A stretch of 64,000 nt of DNA from Euprymna scolopes. Lineage: Eukaryota. Positions 63,901-64,000 of the stretch are shown piece after piece. Under the pieces are notes generated by a model. The model saw only the letters and a program-made list of their open reading frames with translations. It was not told the origin of the DNA and searched no databases. The translations under genes were made by a program, and so were the position numbers. How positions within the stretch are numbered: the stretch's first letter is position 1; the number at the start of each line of letters is the position of its first letter. Where the stretch lies: the NCBI GenBank assembly GCA_053919585.1, contig CM132812.1; one strand, written 5' to 3'.

Positions 63901-64000
63901 CTTAAAAAGTGTGATTGGGTGGGTATCCCATTCCATCTTCTGTGCGCTGGCTCCGATGAGATGAAATTGGATTCTGTTCTTAGTTGGGTTCACTTCCGAC
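36930..64000. repeat. 121-bp satellite DNA array, ~224 head-to-tail monomers, continuing past the window end
   Basis: Monomer GATAGATATTTATTAG[C/T]CTTAAAAAGTGTGATTGGGTGGGTATCCCATTCCATCTTCTGTGCGCTGGCTCCGATG[A/T]GATGAAATTGGATTCTGTTCTTAGTTGGGTTCACTTCCGACATTT. Period 121 (37021 to 37142). Confidence 0.99.

Noticed and set aside
36930-64000. CRISPR array
   Set aside because: Monomers are contiguous and near-identical with no unique spacers. No cas genes, and the context is eukaryotic.

Overview
AT-rich, gene-free eukaryotic (metazoan) window. Abundant (TA)n/(CA)n microsatellites and the repeat families resemble a coleoid cephalopod genome; that assignment is my recollection, not a database result. 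I found no host protein-coding gene. Bases 1-36,900 are a mosaic of mobile-element debris: non-autonomous Helitrons (A|TC...hairpin-CTAG|T, some head-to-tail, some carrying tRNA-like modules), CR1/L2-type and R4-type LINE fragments, Tc1/mariner remnants, two LTR-like copies and 5S-derived SINE-like heads. Bases 36,930-64,000 are a very homogeneous 121-bp satellite (~224 copies) that runs off the window end. The main finding is a set of type I hammerhead ribozymes (HHRs). The best case is a 286-bp tandem unit (13,511-14,030) that joins a tRNA-like Pol III A/B-box head to an intact HHR and has no TTTT terminator, i.e. a retrozyme-like module predicted to release a 286-nt circularisable RNA. Four more HHR motifs from different families sit in near-perfect fold-back palindromes (Penelope-like). 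The two satellite monomer types differ by compensatory base-pair changes in a hairpin.
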